Assembly (NCBI GenBank): GCA_963693365.1
Contig: CAVNZM010000002.1
Coordinates: forward strand, 5,348,259-5,412,258
Length of the DNA: 64,000 bases
Reading direction: 5' to 3'
DNA from: Amoebidium appalachense
Taxonomy: Eukaryota > Protista > Ichthyosporea
The notes below the pieces were generated by a model. That model saw only the letters and a list, made by a program, of their open reading frames with translations, was not told the DNA's origin and made no database searches. Below are positions 21,866 to 36,939 of this stretch, piece by piece. The first letter of the stretch is position 1; every line of letters starts with the position of its first letter. The position numbers and the translations under genes were made by a program.

Positions 21866-22317
21866 CCCCGCCAAAAAAAAAAAAAAAAAAAAAAAAAAAA
21901 ACACCTCCCAACAGCCTCACTTCCCCGCCGTTTTTCAATTTCTGATTCAAGTTGTTGCAGAGTGACGTTTTGTGTTTTGCTTTTGATGTTTTTCCTCCTC
22001 CATAACTCCAGCACTGCTATGCATACATCAACCCCCTCCCCGGGGGAGGGGGGGGGGGGGGGGGGGGTCCGGCTCCTTTCTCCGTTCCAGCCATCACCCC
22101 CAATCCCAATTTCATCCACTGTGAGTGTTAATCAATTCTGAGACCACGGCGGCAAATATAAGCGAAGTAGCGATGAAAAACAAGGTAAAACCCAACGAAC
22201 CTAACAAGGTGGCTCTGGCAAAATATGTGCTTTTGAATGTCGAGAAATTCCCTCTGACGCGAGTTTTGGTGTTGACAGGAAGGGATCGTGCCTGCAAATT
22301 ACGTGGAGTTTTGCTGA
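10600..22317 (+). CDS. BAR domain + SH3 domain protein (amphiphysin/Rvs167/BIN-like), 14 coding exons, about 324 aa
   Basis: Exons 10600-10686, 11561-11613, 12284-12336, 13312-13400, 14046-14126, 14990-15040, 16439-16468, 17295-17357, 18402-18466, 19089-19177, 20006-20154, 21177-21257, 21769-21813, 22279-22317. All are GT-AG with consistent phases (975 nt). BAR-type motifs TTDPEYDEL and [22 protein letters not shown], Pro-rich linker PPKPAPRR, canonical SH3 [20 protein letters not shown]...EWYRV...[10 protein letters not shown]. Confidence 0.88.
15105..15335. repeat. Tandem duplication of a ~100-bp CA-rich unit inside a BAR-gene intron
   Basis: GGACACACACAGACACACACACGCATACGTACAC...GAGGCACACACACATAGGAACACAC occurs at about 15113 and again at about 15214. 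Confidence 0.75.
17348..17630 (+). repeat. Degenerate ~42-45-bp minisatellite (about 6 units) starting at the exon-8 donor site
   Basis: Consensus is approximately TATCATAAGGTATAGAACCCCCCTTCCCTGAAATTACAGTTGAA. The CTGAAAT core recurs at about 17378, 17422, 17528, 17571 and 17617. Confidence 0.75.
21440..21550 (+). mobile_element. Dispersed intronic element, subfamily beta (diverged)
   Basis: CCTGAGGATGGGCT...TATTATGCATACTCTT...GGTTTGCACTCTGCATCGTG...GCGCATTCCACCCC matches the reverse complement of 49539-49650. Confidence 0.7.
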
Positions 22318-23292
22318 GGAGATCCGATTGCAAACGATTACGGCACGATTTCGTTGGATTCCAAGTGGGTGAGCAATTGAGATATTATGTTGACGTTCTA
22401 TTGGCCGTGGTCTGAACTAGTATGTGATAGATAAAGCGGACTGTCAGAGATAAATATGTATATATGCTAGTGTCCTTTAATGCTAGGAGAAGATAAACTT
22501 TTAAAGATAGTGTGTGTTTTCACATGTGTGGTGACGAGGTAGATGTGGTGAGGGTGGGTGATGTAGCGTACGTGTCCAGGTGAGGAAAGAGAGGTGATAA
22601 ACTGGGGAAAAAACGCTTTGGGCGGGTGGGCGGACCGGTGGGTGGACGGGCGGGTTGGGGGAGGGAGGGGGGGGGGGGGGGGGGGGGGGGGTAATTGTTG
22701 TCTACGTACGTGATCCTGGGAAATGGTATGTCGGCATTGACGAAGAACAGGTGTAGAAAATTCGTGATTTTTGAGTATGTTGCTTTTTCCCTGGATTCGC
22801 AATGAATATATATGCCTGTTAGTAACACCGTGAACCCGTGACATACTATTACTAATAGGTCAATGTCGAGGCCCACGTAAGGATAACAATCGTGGGAATT
22901 CGAAGAGGTTTTACATGTGCTGTTCACAGTTCCCCTGGTGGTCTCTGAGAGGCCCCATGCGCATATGTATGTGTTAACTGATAGTTATGGGTGTAAAAGT
23001 TGGTGCAGGCTGTATTCGTAAAATAAAAGGCTATAAAGGGACCATATGGTTGCAAACGTCAGGGTGGCCCGTGTGTGTTGCCACACAATATTATTTTACG
23101 GCTTTTTATAGTTGTTATTCCTGGATTTTTTTTGTTTATTCCCGGGCTTTTCTGATTAGTTGTTTTATTCAATTCCTGATCATGAATGAATTCATAAAAT
23201 TCTTTCTATTTTCTTCTGATAGTAGAATTGCTTGCCGACAGCCTGCTCGTGATGTGCCAAGGTGAACAGGCCACCACTTTCGATATTGGCAG

Positions 23293-23333
<41 letters not shown>

Positions 23334-24743
23334 CCCCCCCCCCTAGCATGCATGCCGCACAGCCGCGTGCACAACCTTCCACAGACGGCATGCCGAATGC
23401 ACAAAACATCTAGCTACAGTAGCTATAGACAAGGGCTACCAGCACGCGCACGTCACAGTGTCACATGTGGACACACACACGCTCACTAGCTGCGTTCGCA
23501 CATGCACGCACCCACGCACCCACACGTACATATACATGCACGCACGCACATGCACGCGCACACACACGCACGCACGCACACACGCACACGCACGCGCGCG
23601 CGCGTGCGCACACACAGGTATACATGTGCACCGTGACGCCGGCCACATTTAATTGGCCCTGCAAATGACTGTACAGCTGTAGCACGGAAACTTTGGCAGC
23701 CCGGCGCCCGTTGCCTCACACACCAAATACCCCCAGCACCAGTACGTCTGTATTTTGTGTGTTGTGTGCATACACACACATTCGAGAATTCGCGGCCTCT
23801 CCCCCACTCCCCCCTCAAGTATAATAGTGAACTAATATAAAGGATAAAGTCTTTCACAGTCGGTGCATTCACACGTGGTCGCAGCTACCTACAGCGGACG
23901 CCATTTCACAGCAATGTAATGGTGCGGCGCTTGAAGATTGGATAGCCCGCGCGTTGACCAATCATATTGCAGATTGATCCAGGGGGGGATTACGAAAAAA
24001 TCGTCGTAATTACGATTAACGAAAGAACCCGATACGAATAAGGTTAGGGTGCCGTCGTAACAGCTTTCGTATCAGATGTATAGCATTATAAACGCTTTTA
24101 GGCCCCCTAATATCTAACTGTACCTAATTTTTTCAATATTTCTGTTCAAGAACATATCTACAGTGCTTCTCATGAGCAATATCGAACCCCGACAAGTGTC
24201 CAGGGCTTGTAATTTTGCGATACTTAATTTGTAAAAACGCGTATTTTGAGTTTGTGATTGGAGGGGCGTTTTTAGCTGGGCTTGCAGATCCCCAAGAACC
24301 CCCCCGTTACGGTTAAGAAACTGTCCGTTACGATTGGCCAAGGGACAATACGGTTAAGCTGGCCAACCCCAACCCAACCCTGTTCATTGATCGGAAGATC
24401 TAATCAGTCAACTTTTATACGTGCGATATCCCTTAACGGTAGTTGATGATTCGAAAACAATCACTACAGGAATGTGCAGAAGATCCATCAGAGATCCAGG
24501 TGGTATATAAGCTCGTGCTCCCATCCGAATCACCAGTTGAAAACTGAAGTAGGTAATGCAATGTGACGAGCTTAAAGATAATAAGCGGCGCAGCGGTTGA
24601 AGCGACATCAACCTTCAAAAACATAGATATAATCACTATCAAACTATATTATTATTAAAAACACAGAAATAATCACTATCACACTACTATATTTTTAAAT
24701 TATACACAAACAATATTCTATAATTAAAACACTAAAAACTAAA

Positions 24744-25193
24744 ATGCAGCATTCTCTTTTGTTTTTGGCTGCGGTTGCCGCCACTGCCGCCGCCAACGCC
24801 ACTGAAATTTCGGATCCACTCGAAGCCGTTCCCACAGCCACCTACACGTACAGTAGCACAGTTCCCAAGCCGACAGGAAATCCCGTTGTACCCTCCGGAG
24901 CGGATTCTACCCCCACCTCTACCACCACCCATACTTCGTCAGCTGAAGCACAAGTAGTTGTTCCCAGCACGTCAGAGAGTGGGAAGGGGAGCAGTAGTGT
25001 TGCTATCGGTGTGGGTGTGAGTGCTGGTGTGGCTGTGGTGGGTGCTGTTGCGGGCTTGATGGCGTACAAACACCTCAGAGCGCAGCATGAGGAAATGGTC
25101 GAGGATGCATTTTCGCAGAGTAGCACCATTCAGGTCAACAACAGCTTTGTCCCTGCTACACAGACGTATATCAATCCGTTGAGTAATGCCTAA
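24744..25193 (+). CDS. Small type-I membrane protein: signal peptide, Ser/Thr/Pro-rich (mucin-like) ectodomain, single TM helix, short tail; 149 aa, intronless
   Basis: MQHSLLFLAAVAATAAA signal peptide, S/T-rich stalk, TM AIGVGVSAGVAVVGAVAGLMAY followed by KHLR, tail ...NNSFVPATQTYINPLSNA. AT-rich leader with AAAATG start context. Non-repetitive coding composition. Confidence 0.85.
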   Translation: MQHSLLFLAAVAATAAANATEISDPLEAVPTATYTYSSTVPKPTGNPVVPSGADSTPTSTTTHTSSAEAQVVVPSTSESGKGSSSVAIGVGVSAGVAVVGAVAGLMAYKHLRAQHEEMVEDAFSQSSTIQVNNSFVPATQTYINPLSNA

Positions 25194-25939
25194 GTAGCCA
25201 TGGAGTCGTGTTTCTTGCTCATGAATTTTGAGAGATTCGGTGTAGGTAGTTGTTGAACTAAAAGATGTAGTAATCATGGCACCTTCATATGTTGCTGGTG
25301 TTCATGGTGTATACGTACATGTCCATAATATGCATCTGGTTACAGGCTTAACCAGTGCTAGTGGGATTGGACGGTTTTAGGCAGAGCTAATTATTAGGCT
25401 TGGTGTCCATCACGATAGATAGAACAGAGAAATATCATTGTTGGGCAAAAGCGACCCGGCAACTTGACAAGTCAAGGGAAACCAGCATATCTTGTTAAAT
25501 ATTTGGGTTCCCTGGATATCAAAAATGGTCCATGAAACTAACATGGAGTATACTGTTAGGCAAAATGCCTGTTCACAAGTTCAATAAATGACTTGAGTAA
25601 ACAAATCATATCATCAGTGGCGCAACGCACAGAAGGCACAGCACTATCCAAATCTTAGTCAAGTGAGGTTTATGCACACACATGTTTACCACGTCAGCAG
25701 AGTACATGCACATGGACTTGGGTTTTACACACTTAAAAACTCCTGTAACTGTATTAAGCATGCAGTTCGGTTGAAACAATACACACGGACACATACGATC
25801 AGGCTCACACGAACACTTGCGCTCACACTCGTGCCTACGCACACACACCATGTCATGCATACACACGTTCGCACAGGCATGCACGCCCAAAAACAAAGGA
25901 TGATTCGCACACACTGCACGCGCAGTTGTAAACACACAC

Positions 25940-27560
<1,621 letters not shown>

Positions 27561-27707
27561 TAAGGGCCCGAAGACATGTGCATGCACCCACACAGCCGCA
27601 ACCCTGGATGACTCCCCTCACCCCCCCTCCCCCTCCCCCTCCCCTACCCCTTTCCTCCTCCGCCGTTCCCCCTCTTCGCCTTCACCCCCCAGGTCCGGCC
27701 CCCACTT

Positions 27708-27748
<41 letters not shown>

Positions 27749-27999
27749 ACCCCAACCCCCAACCCACAACCCCTCCCCCACCGCTCTATCCTTGCTTCCC
27801 CTTTGCACATTGTAACCATCCCCCTCTACAGAAAAAAAAAAATTCCACTCCGGTCACTACAATCTAATCTTGCACGTGACAATGTGAAATACATTGGTTT
27901 TACGAGAAGTGAAAAAAAAAGAGAAAAAGAAAAAGGGGAAAAGAAAGAGAGCAATGATAGGAAAAAAGAAAGTGAATGAAATGAAAGTTAATCCATGCA

Positions 28000-28286
28000 C
28001 TAAACACCTATTACCTCTTTTCTTCTTTTATGAACCGCAGCAATCGATGCTAATGTTAAAAAAATTCCCGTGTTTTTTTTTTATGAACTCCGCAGGAATC
28101 GATGCTAACGTTAAAAAAGAAAACCCGTGTGTTTTTTTTTAACATGATTAGAAACTTTGCTTTGGAACAAAGCACACCTTTCAAACCTCAATGACACGTG
28201 AGTTATTCCAATAACGCCCTGAAAACCTTTTTTTCGTTTCAGCCCCCCCCCCTCCCCCCCCCCCCTTACTGCGCCGCCTGTGTGAA

Positions 28287-28342
<56 letters not shown>

Positions 28343-28962
28343 AAAAAAAAAAAAAAAACACCCACCTTCTTCCTCCCCTACCTACTCCCACCAGCACCCC
28401 TTTTGCCCTCTGCCCATCTCTGATCCACTTTAGCCAATCAATCTCCTTACGGTGTAGACCAGGACCAAAAATATGTCAAACCAAGGCAAGGAGGGAAGGA
28501 GGGGGGGGGTGGGGGGAGGGAGGGGTTTAAATCGATTTGCCTTGCCCATAGAAGATGCCCTTGTCTCATGTTCCAACAAACACAGCTAGAAACCTTACCG
28601 AGTCAATTCGATAGATCATAGAAATAGCCTCCGTGGTCTATATTTTTCCCACAATCACACTCAAAACCTTCCATGCCCTTGCTCGACCTACATTACATTT
28701 CTTTTCTTTGGGTAACCGCCCAACCATATGCATGCCGCCCTAGTGGCGGTCATGCACATAGCTGAAGCAATACAGCATCAAGGTGGCCCATAATGTTGCT
28801 GAAAACACTATTGGAGCTTGCTGTAACTGAAACATCTCATCCCACTAGCATAGTCCGTTTTTTATTCCCTACAATCCCTCCCTCCAACCCTGCACCCGCA
28901 ACACGCATTCCCTCTTTACCCCCCCCCCCCCCCCCCCCCCCAACATACACCCCCCCCCCCCC

Positions 28963-29003
<41 letters not shown>

Positions 29004-29115
29004 CCGCCACCACCACCACCACCACCACCACCACCACCATGACCCATCACCTCACCCACTCACCCCTCAACCCTAATATATCACACGTACCCTTCCACTG
29101 TCCCCACAAATCACG

Positions 29116-29166
<51 letters not shown>

Positions 29167-30561
29167 ACCACCACCACCCCCATCACCACCACCACCGACC
29201 CCCACCACCAACCCCCCTCACTCTCCCCCCCCCCCCCCCACCCCACTCCCCCCCTCCCCCCCCCCCCCCCCCCCCCCCCCCCTCTTATATTCCCTTCTAT
29301 ACTCTTCTCATATCTGATCTTGCCTGTGCTAAGGGATCTTCGTAACCCTTTACCCCCTTTTTCAGTTGTTCTCTGCTTTGGTGGTGATGTTTGTGTGCCT
29401 GTCTCTTTATTTTCTCTTGCTCTCTCTCTCTCTGTGTGTGTGTGGGGGGGGGGGGGGGGGGGGGGGGGGGGTAGGAGGGAGCAAAAAGTGAAAATCAAAT
29501 CAATTGAAACGTTTTAGCTTTGTCTCTTTTCAAAACAGTATGCCTGCCCCCCCCCCCCCCCCCCCCCCCCACCACCACCACCACCCCAGCCCAGCCCACC
29601 CTCACTCCTAATCTCCCCCGCCCACCCATCAATACACTCAATATACCTCACCCGCCTAGACAGCTACCCACACGTCCAACCACCAAACCCACATGGTGTA
29701 AAGCACAAAAACTTAGTCAAATCAAGGCAATTGTTGTTTTTGGGGAGGTGAAAGGTGCGGAGACTAGGGGGGAGGGGGAGGGAAGAAGGGGATAGGAGGG
29801 AAGGGGGAGGAGAGGAGGGTGGGAGGGGGGTGGGGGGACTAAAATTCTGACGTGTCTTGATCATGGGAGATCCCCTTGTCGCGTACCAGCATTAATCACA
29901 GCCACCATAGCCAGTCACGCTCGATAGATTATCTGGCCAACATGCATATGGCTTATATTTGTCCCAAAATCACAATGAAAATCTCATATGCGCATTCCTG
30001 GCCAAACATCCTTTATTTCCGTTGGGTACATAACCGCTTAAGCAAGTGCAAGCTGCCAGTCTAAGACCTCTTAACCAGTGTGGTGGTGGCTGTGCACTGT
30101 TTTGACAGCGAGGACCCACGGTCAATCAGGTTACCCATATTAATAACAATGCCTAAAACACAATTCGAACCCACTGTAGCCGGGTTTCTCTACCAACTAA
30201 TGCAACAGTTTTTGTTTCCTTTTTAACCTTTCCCCCCCCCCCCCCCTTCTCCCTCCGTCCCCCTTTCCCAACCTCTCACCTCTCTTTCCCACCATTTTTC
30301 CTCTCCCCCTCCCTCTCTTCAACCCCCCCCCCCCCCCCCCGGCCCCCAAGTTTAACCCTCACCCAGCATAGATGGCCTTTGAGTCACAAGATCCTCTTCC
30401 TTCCTCCCCCCCCACCCCCTCCCTCCCTCCCCTTGAGAAAAAAAAAGAAAAGGGAAAAAAAAAAAAAAAAAGCACAAAACCCTCCCCACCCGACCTCATT
30501 CACACACGCGCAAAAACCACTCTCCCCACAAATCCTTCACTGATCATCGATGGATCCGGAG

Positions 30562-30602
<41 letters not shown>

Positions 30603-31289
30603 AAAAAAAAAAAAAAGTTAACATCCGGTGAATTTTTTTGCCATCCTACACGCATCATGATGCTAGAGCCCCCAGACATGAAGTAACACACACGAGCACA
30701 CACAGTTATAGTACACATCAAACAGTAATCGGGACAACAAAAACATCAGAACACTGAAAGTAGAAATATATCAAGTTGAAAGCTTAGGCTTCGTGTTTGT
30801 GAAAAACAGTATGCATCCCTCCTTCCCCCCCCCCCCCCCCTCTCTCCTCCCCTGCGCCCCCCTCCTCCCCTTCCCCCCCTCCCCCCCCACCACCACCACC
30901 ACAAATCAACCCGTTTGGAATCAGTTTACCCACCTGCACAGCTACCCACACACATTACCACCAAACACACAAAGAAAAGAACAAACAATAAGTAAACCAA
31001 CACAGCCTCCCGTGTCCTGATTTGTCCCACTATCAAACGGAAATTATTCATGCTCTTACCCGACCAAAACTCTTATCTTTCCGTTGGTTAACCGCTCAGG
31101 CAAGTGCAAGCTGCCAATATTATTACTGTTATGGTGGTGGCTGTGCAACCCTTGTGCCCTGCTCTTATTTCTTGCCCGTTGATAAGGTTACCCACGTTAT
31201 TGTTAAAGAACACTTTTGGAGCCCACTGGAGCAAGATTTGTTGTCGCTACTATGCAACCAACCCAACCCTGCCCTCCCCTCAATCCCCC

Positions 31290-31324
<35 letters not shown>

Positions 31325-31942
31325 TCCCTCCTCACACCCTCCCACCCTGCCCGCCCTCCCCCCTCCCCATCCCCTTACCCCCCCCTGCCCCACTTTCACC
31401 CCCCAAAACCCCACCCCTCGAGTGTATAAGGCCTTATAAAGCCCCCCCCCCCCCCCCCCCCCCCACCCCCCGACCCCCTCCCCCTCCCCAATCCCTCCTT
31501 CCCCCACCCCCCCAGAATAAACCCTAACCCCACCCTCAGTCAAAAACACACAAGCCTCCACTCAGCTGCAGCACAAAAGTACTTTACTGATGGATAACCC
31601 TGGGGACCCAATGAATATTCTAAAATGTTCTCTTTTTTTTTTTTTTTTTTTTTTTTGTTGCTGTTGTTTCCTCCTCCTTATTTAGATTAATCTTTTTATG
31701 GTATCCAATCGGAATGCCGGCACCTGCATTGTTGGAGACTAAGACTACCAATCAGCTATCGGCATTCTGGGGCTCTGCGAGAGTCAATATCATAGTTTTA
31801 TATCAGGGACCATTATTGACACGCGCTCCCAAGTCCCTATCCTTTTTAGCCAAAGAGTTGAAATCACAAAACAGGAGAATGTTACGAATACATGATAGCC
31901 CTCTGTGCGCACGCATCCCCGCTCCCTCCTTTCCCCCCCCCC

Positions 31943-31990
<48 letters not shown>

Positions 31991-32170
31991 ACACACCACC
32001 ACCACCACCCAGTGCCCACCCCCCCACACCCCCCGGCCCCGACATATCACCAGTACCCTTCCACTCCCCCCACAAATCGCTTACAGATGGAGCCCGCCCC
32101 CAGAGAAAGAGAGACATACAGACAAACATCACTACCAAAGTACAACTGAAAAGATGGTGGTGGGGAAAAG

Positions 32171-32201
<31 letters not shown>

Positions 32202-32457
32202 AAAAACGAAAATCAAATCATTTGGAAAAGTTTTAGCTTTGTCTCTGTTCAAAACAGTACCCTCCGGCCCCCCTCCCCCTCCCTCCCCCAGCCCAGCCCA
32301 GTCCAACCCCAGTCTTTTATCTCCCACGCCCACTCAACAGTACACTCAATATACCTCACCCACCTATACAACTGCCCACACGTCCTACCACCAAACTCAT
32401 CTTGTATAAAGCACACATAGTTAGTCAAACAAGGCAGCTATTGTTTTTGGGACAGGT

Positions 32458-32493
<36 letters not shown>

Positions 32494-33585
32494 TATTTCT
32501 CGCATGCGTTGATCATAGAGAATGCCTTCGTCGGTGCCAGCAGTCACAGCCACCATACGGACTAAAGTTCGATAGGTGATAAACCCCATGGCCTAATTTT
32601 GTCCCACAATCACAAGCAAAACCTTATATGCATATCATAAACCAATATCTTACCGTTCCGCTGGGTAACCGCCCAAGCAAGTGCAGGCTGCCATTAATAT
32701 AACTATCATGACGGTAGCTGTGCACTGTTTTTGCATCAATAATGGACGGTCGGTCAGGTTACCCACATTTTTATCAATGCTAGAATTACCATTGGAGCCC
32801 ACTCAGTGTAGCCAAATTTCCTCTACCAAATGCCTATGCAATATGTCCCCTTTACCCCCCCCCCCCCCCCCCCCCCCCCGTCCCCTCTCTCCCGCCTTTC
32901 CCCCTCCCTACCTCTCACCTCTCTTCCCCCCAATTTCTCCTCTCCCCCTCCCTCCCTTCACCGCCATTCCCCCCACCCCCCAGTGTAACGCTCACCCAGC
33001 ATAGATGGCCTCACAGGGCCCTCTTCCCCCCTCCCCCCCTCGCCCCCCCCCTCCACCTCCACCTCTCTCCCCTCAAAAACAAAAAGCACACAACCCTTCC
33101 AACCCCACTTCCATCACGCGCGCGAGCGCGCACACACACACACACACCACACCCACACCCACACACACCCACCCACACACACACACACACCCACACACAC
33201 ACACACAAGTTCAATAAATTTTTGGCGGCATTGGCCTAGATATGTCCTACAATCACACTCAAAACTCATAGGCACATACCAGACCGACCTAATTAGTGCT
33301 TTCCTTCGGTTGGGTAACCACCCATGTAAGTGCAAGCTGCCATCAGTACTATAAATAGTGGTGGTTTTGCAAATTTGGGTACGTCACGTACAACATTTGG
33401 TACCAGTCGGCCAGGTTACTCATAATACTATTACTGCAAAAAATATCCTTCTGAGCCCACTGTAACCGGATATCCTCTCTTAAATAAAGCTTAAAGCAAT
33501 AGTTTTTGCTTCCCCTCTAACCTTCCCCTACCCCCACTCCCAACCTCTCCCCTCCATTTCCGCCCATTTCCCCCCCCCCCCCCCC

Positions 33586-33617
<32 letters not shown>

Positions 33618-35843
33618 CTACCACCACCCACACCCACCCCTCAACCCTTCTTCACACGGCACACATAAGGCCCCAAAAAGCCTCCCCCCCCCCCCCCCCC
33701 CCCATCTCCCCCCCCCCCCTCCGAAAAAAAAAAAAAACAACCCTCCTTACCACTTTCCCACAAATCCTTCACTGATCACAGATGGAGCCTCCCTTCACCC
33801 CTTCCTCTCCCCCCTCCCTCCTCCCCCCTCCCACCCCCCCCCCCAGGCCACTCGGTGCTTTTTTACACCACCCACAAAAACCGGTCTATCCACGGTGCTT
33901 CCGCCCCCGTCATTCCCTCACACCCCTCCTAGCTCTCTGCCTTCCCAACACCCACAAACCTGCGTGCACATACACACGTGCAAGCACCCACACACATGCA
34001 GCGACACACACAAACACACCTAAATACGGTACACATCATTGAACATTATTGATCAGAACAACCAAAGAACCTGAGAACACTGAAAGTAGAAATACATTGA
34101 AAGATTTTGCTTCGTACTTGTGGAAAACAGTATGCAACCCCCCTCCCCCTCCCCCGGTCCCCCCCCCCCCCCCCCCCTCCAAAAAAAAAAAAAAAAAAAA
34201 AAAAACTTGAGGCTCCCATATGCCCCCCCCCCTCCCCCCCCCCCCCCCCCCCCCCCTCCCCCCCCCCCCCCCCCCCCCCCCACCCACCCCACCCCACCCC
34301 CCCTGCCCCCCCCCCCCCCCCCCCCCCCCTGCCCCAATCCAACCCGTTCAGAAACAACTAACTTACCTGCACAACTACCCACACATCTTACCACCAAACA
34401 CAACTCGAAGAAAAGAACCTTTCTGAAAAATGTATAAACCAAGATAAACATTATTGGGGGATTAGAAGGGGGGGGGGGGGGGGGGGGGGAAGGGGGCTTC
34501 TGATGTTCTTTTGCCACAAAAGATATCCTTGTCCCGTGCGCCAGCAAACACAGTCACCATACCGAGTCAAGTTCGATAGACCGATCGTACCCACCTTGGC
34601 CTAGATTTGTCCCACAAGCAAATGAAAATTCCCCTACGCACCTGCCCAACAAAGGTCTCCCTCTCCGTTGGGTAACCGCCCCATTCAAGTGCATGCCGCA
34701 ACTACTATTATTACGATAGTGGTCGTTGTGCAGTCGTTGAGTAGCCAGTCCATTACATCCGCTGGTAAGGTTGCAGATGCTGCTGGAAAACACGTTTGAG
34801 CCTTCTGAGGCATTTCTCCCGACTAGTATCATCATCATTGCTTCCCCTTTAACCCCTCCCCCCCCCCCCCCCCCCCCCCTTCTCCCCCCCCCCTCCCCGC
34901 CCCCTCTCTCTGCCTCTGTCCCCCCTCCCCATCCCACTGTTATTACCCAATCCCCCTCCCCTCCCTCCCTCCCTACCACGGCCACCCCTGCTACCTTTTG
35001 AGGTAGCTCTTATTTTTCAAGGCCGATTGAACTTTCCCTCCAGAGTGACTGATCACGTGCCAATTCATACCCTTGAAAAAATGATAAGTCAGAGTATTTT
35101 TGGTCATACGGCAACTGAGGCCACAGTCGTACGTGGCAGCGACCACCCGCCCTCCATCCCAAACAACCCACCTTACACATCACAGGCCTTACAGTCCCCC
35201 CCCGTCCCCTCCCTCCCCCCCCCCCCCCCCCCCCCCCGCTCCCCTTCGCTAGGCCTTCAACACAAATTCCCCCCCCCCCCCCCCCCCCCCCCCCCAAAAA
35301 ACAAATCCTTCACTGATGATGACCCCCCCCCCCCCCCCCCCCCCCTTTTCTCATAGAAAAAAAAAATACCGCGCCGAGTTTTTTACTTCCACCCAAATAC
35401 CCGGTCCGTCCGGGGGTATCAGCCTTCATCCTCACTCCCCTCTCGAACACCCACACACGTGCACGCACACCAATGCACACAAACACACACACACATAACA
35501 CACACACACAAACACATGCGCACACACGCGCCCATGCGCGCACAAACCGTTGACACACACACGCACACACACACACACAACCCATACTGCAGTACACTCA
35601 CCCCACAAATACCCCCTTTCCACCCTTCCCTCCTTTCACCCCTCCCCCCCAACCTAATCCAACCATCACCCTTTCCGCCCCTGCACTCTTATCTCCCTCC
35701 CCGTTTCCCCCCATCCCCCCACCATCGCCACTCACACGTGGTGTCCATGGGTACATTTATATTTTCCAAAAGAAAGAAGAAAGAGACAAAGAAAAGAAAA
35801 GGAAAAAAAAAGTGAGCCGAAGGCAGGGGGGTGGGGTGGGGGG

Positions 35844-35874
<31 letters not shown>

Positions 35875-36900
35875 TAGTGTACCAATTCAGTGGCACACAT
35901 ATTACGTCATCCTTGTGACATACGGCATAAACACGGACAAAAAGATTCCCAAGTTTCTGATCCGCTGTGTTGGCGTTTGGAGAGAGAAGGGCTGTTATTT
36001 CTTTGTTTCGAAGAAAACAGGATTGACACGATTATGGTACGTCATTTGTACTGAAAAACAATGATTTTCTTTCCGGTGCTACCCCCTCCCAATCCATCTG
36101 CATGCGTGGAAGTGAAGTTTAAAATCCCCCTCCCCCCTCCCCCTCCCCCAACCTCCCCACCACCGCCACCCACCCACCCACAAGACACACACACACACAT
36201 ATACACACCACTGTACCCCTGCAACAACAATACAAACAAGAAAAAGAGAAAAAGGCGATACTCCAAATAAACTAAATTAGAATATTTGTATTTGCCTTTC
36301 AAGACAGTATACCCCCCTGCCCCTCCCCCCTCCCCCCTCCCCCCTCCCCCCCTCCCCCCTCCCCCCCCCTCCGTCCCTTCGTAACGGGTGGAGTGGGCGG
36401 GGCAGGGGGAGAAGTGAGGGGGAGGGAGGAGGGGGTTCGTGGCAGTGGCGGCACACTTAACAGAGACAGCCACTACACCGAGTCAAGTTCGATAACTGGT
36501 AGCCCCGTGGCCTAATGTTGTGTCCCGCAATCAAACGGAAAACAATATATGCACATATCCGACCAAGACTCATTTCTTTCCGCTGCCATTATTACGATAA
36601 TTGTGGCGGCTGTGCACTCCGTGCCATCCCCAATGGCTCTTTTACATTTGGCGGTAAGGTTACCCACAATGATGCTTAAAAACCCTTTTGAAGGCCCCCT
36701 GGGGCAAGATTGGCTCTCCCCATAGCATTATGATTTTTGCACTTGCGTTTTTATTCCCCCCCCCTCCCCCCCCCCCCCCCCCCTGCCCCTTTTCCACCCT
36801 GCCCCACCCTCACCCCTCAAAACCTCAGCCCTGCTTTTTGTGTGTGTAGGGCATTATAGCCCCCCCCCCCTCCCCCCCCCCCTCTTCACCCCCCGGCCCC
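28000..36900. repeat. Degenerate tandem array of about 7 long units (roughly 0.7-2 kb apart) interrupted by poly-C tracts
   Basis: Core block GAGTCAAGTTCGATAG...GGCCTAGATTTGTCCCACAATCAC...TTCCGTTGGGTAACCGCCCAAGCAAGTGCAAGCTGCCA...GGTGGCTGTGCA...GGTTACCCAC...GAGCCCACTG, whole or partial, at about 28540, 29860, 31010, 32500, 33230, 34510 and 36440. All copies have the same orientation. Additional shared blocks lie between the cores. Confidence 0.85.
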
Positions 36901-36907
36901 CCCCCCT

Positions 36908-36939
<32 letters not shown>

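Noticed and set aside
23980-24390. TACGA/CGTTACG-rich stretch with AGGGGG...CCCCCT ends as a MITE
   Set aside because: The inverted match is too short and there is no TSD or second copy in the window.
28000-36900. Array as an intact multi-exon repeat-protein gene
   Set aside because: Stops and frameshifts occur in every frame in several copies, and there are no consistent GT-AG boundaries around the cores.
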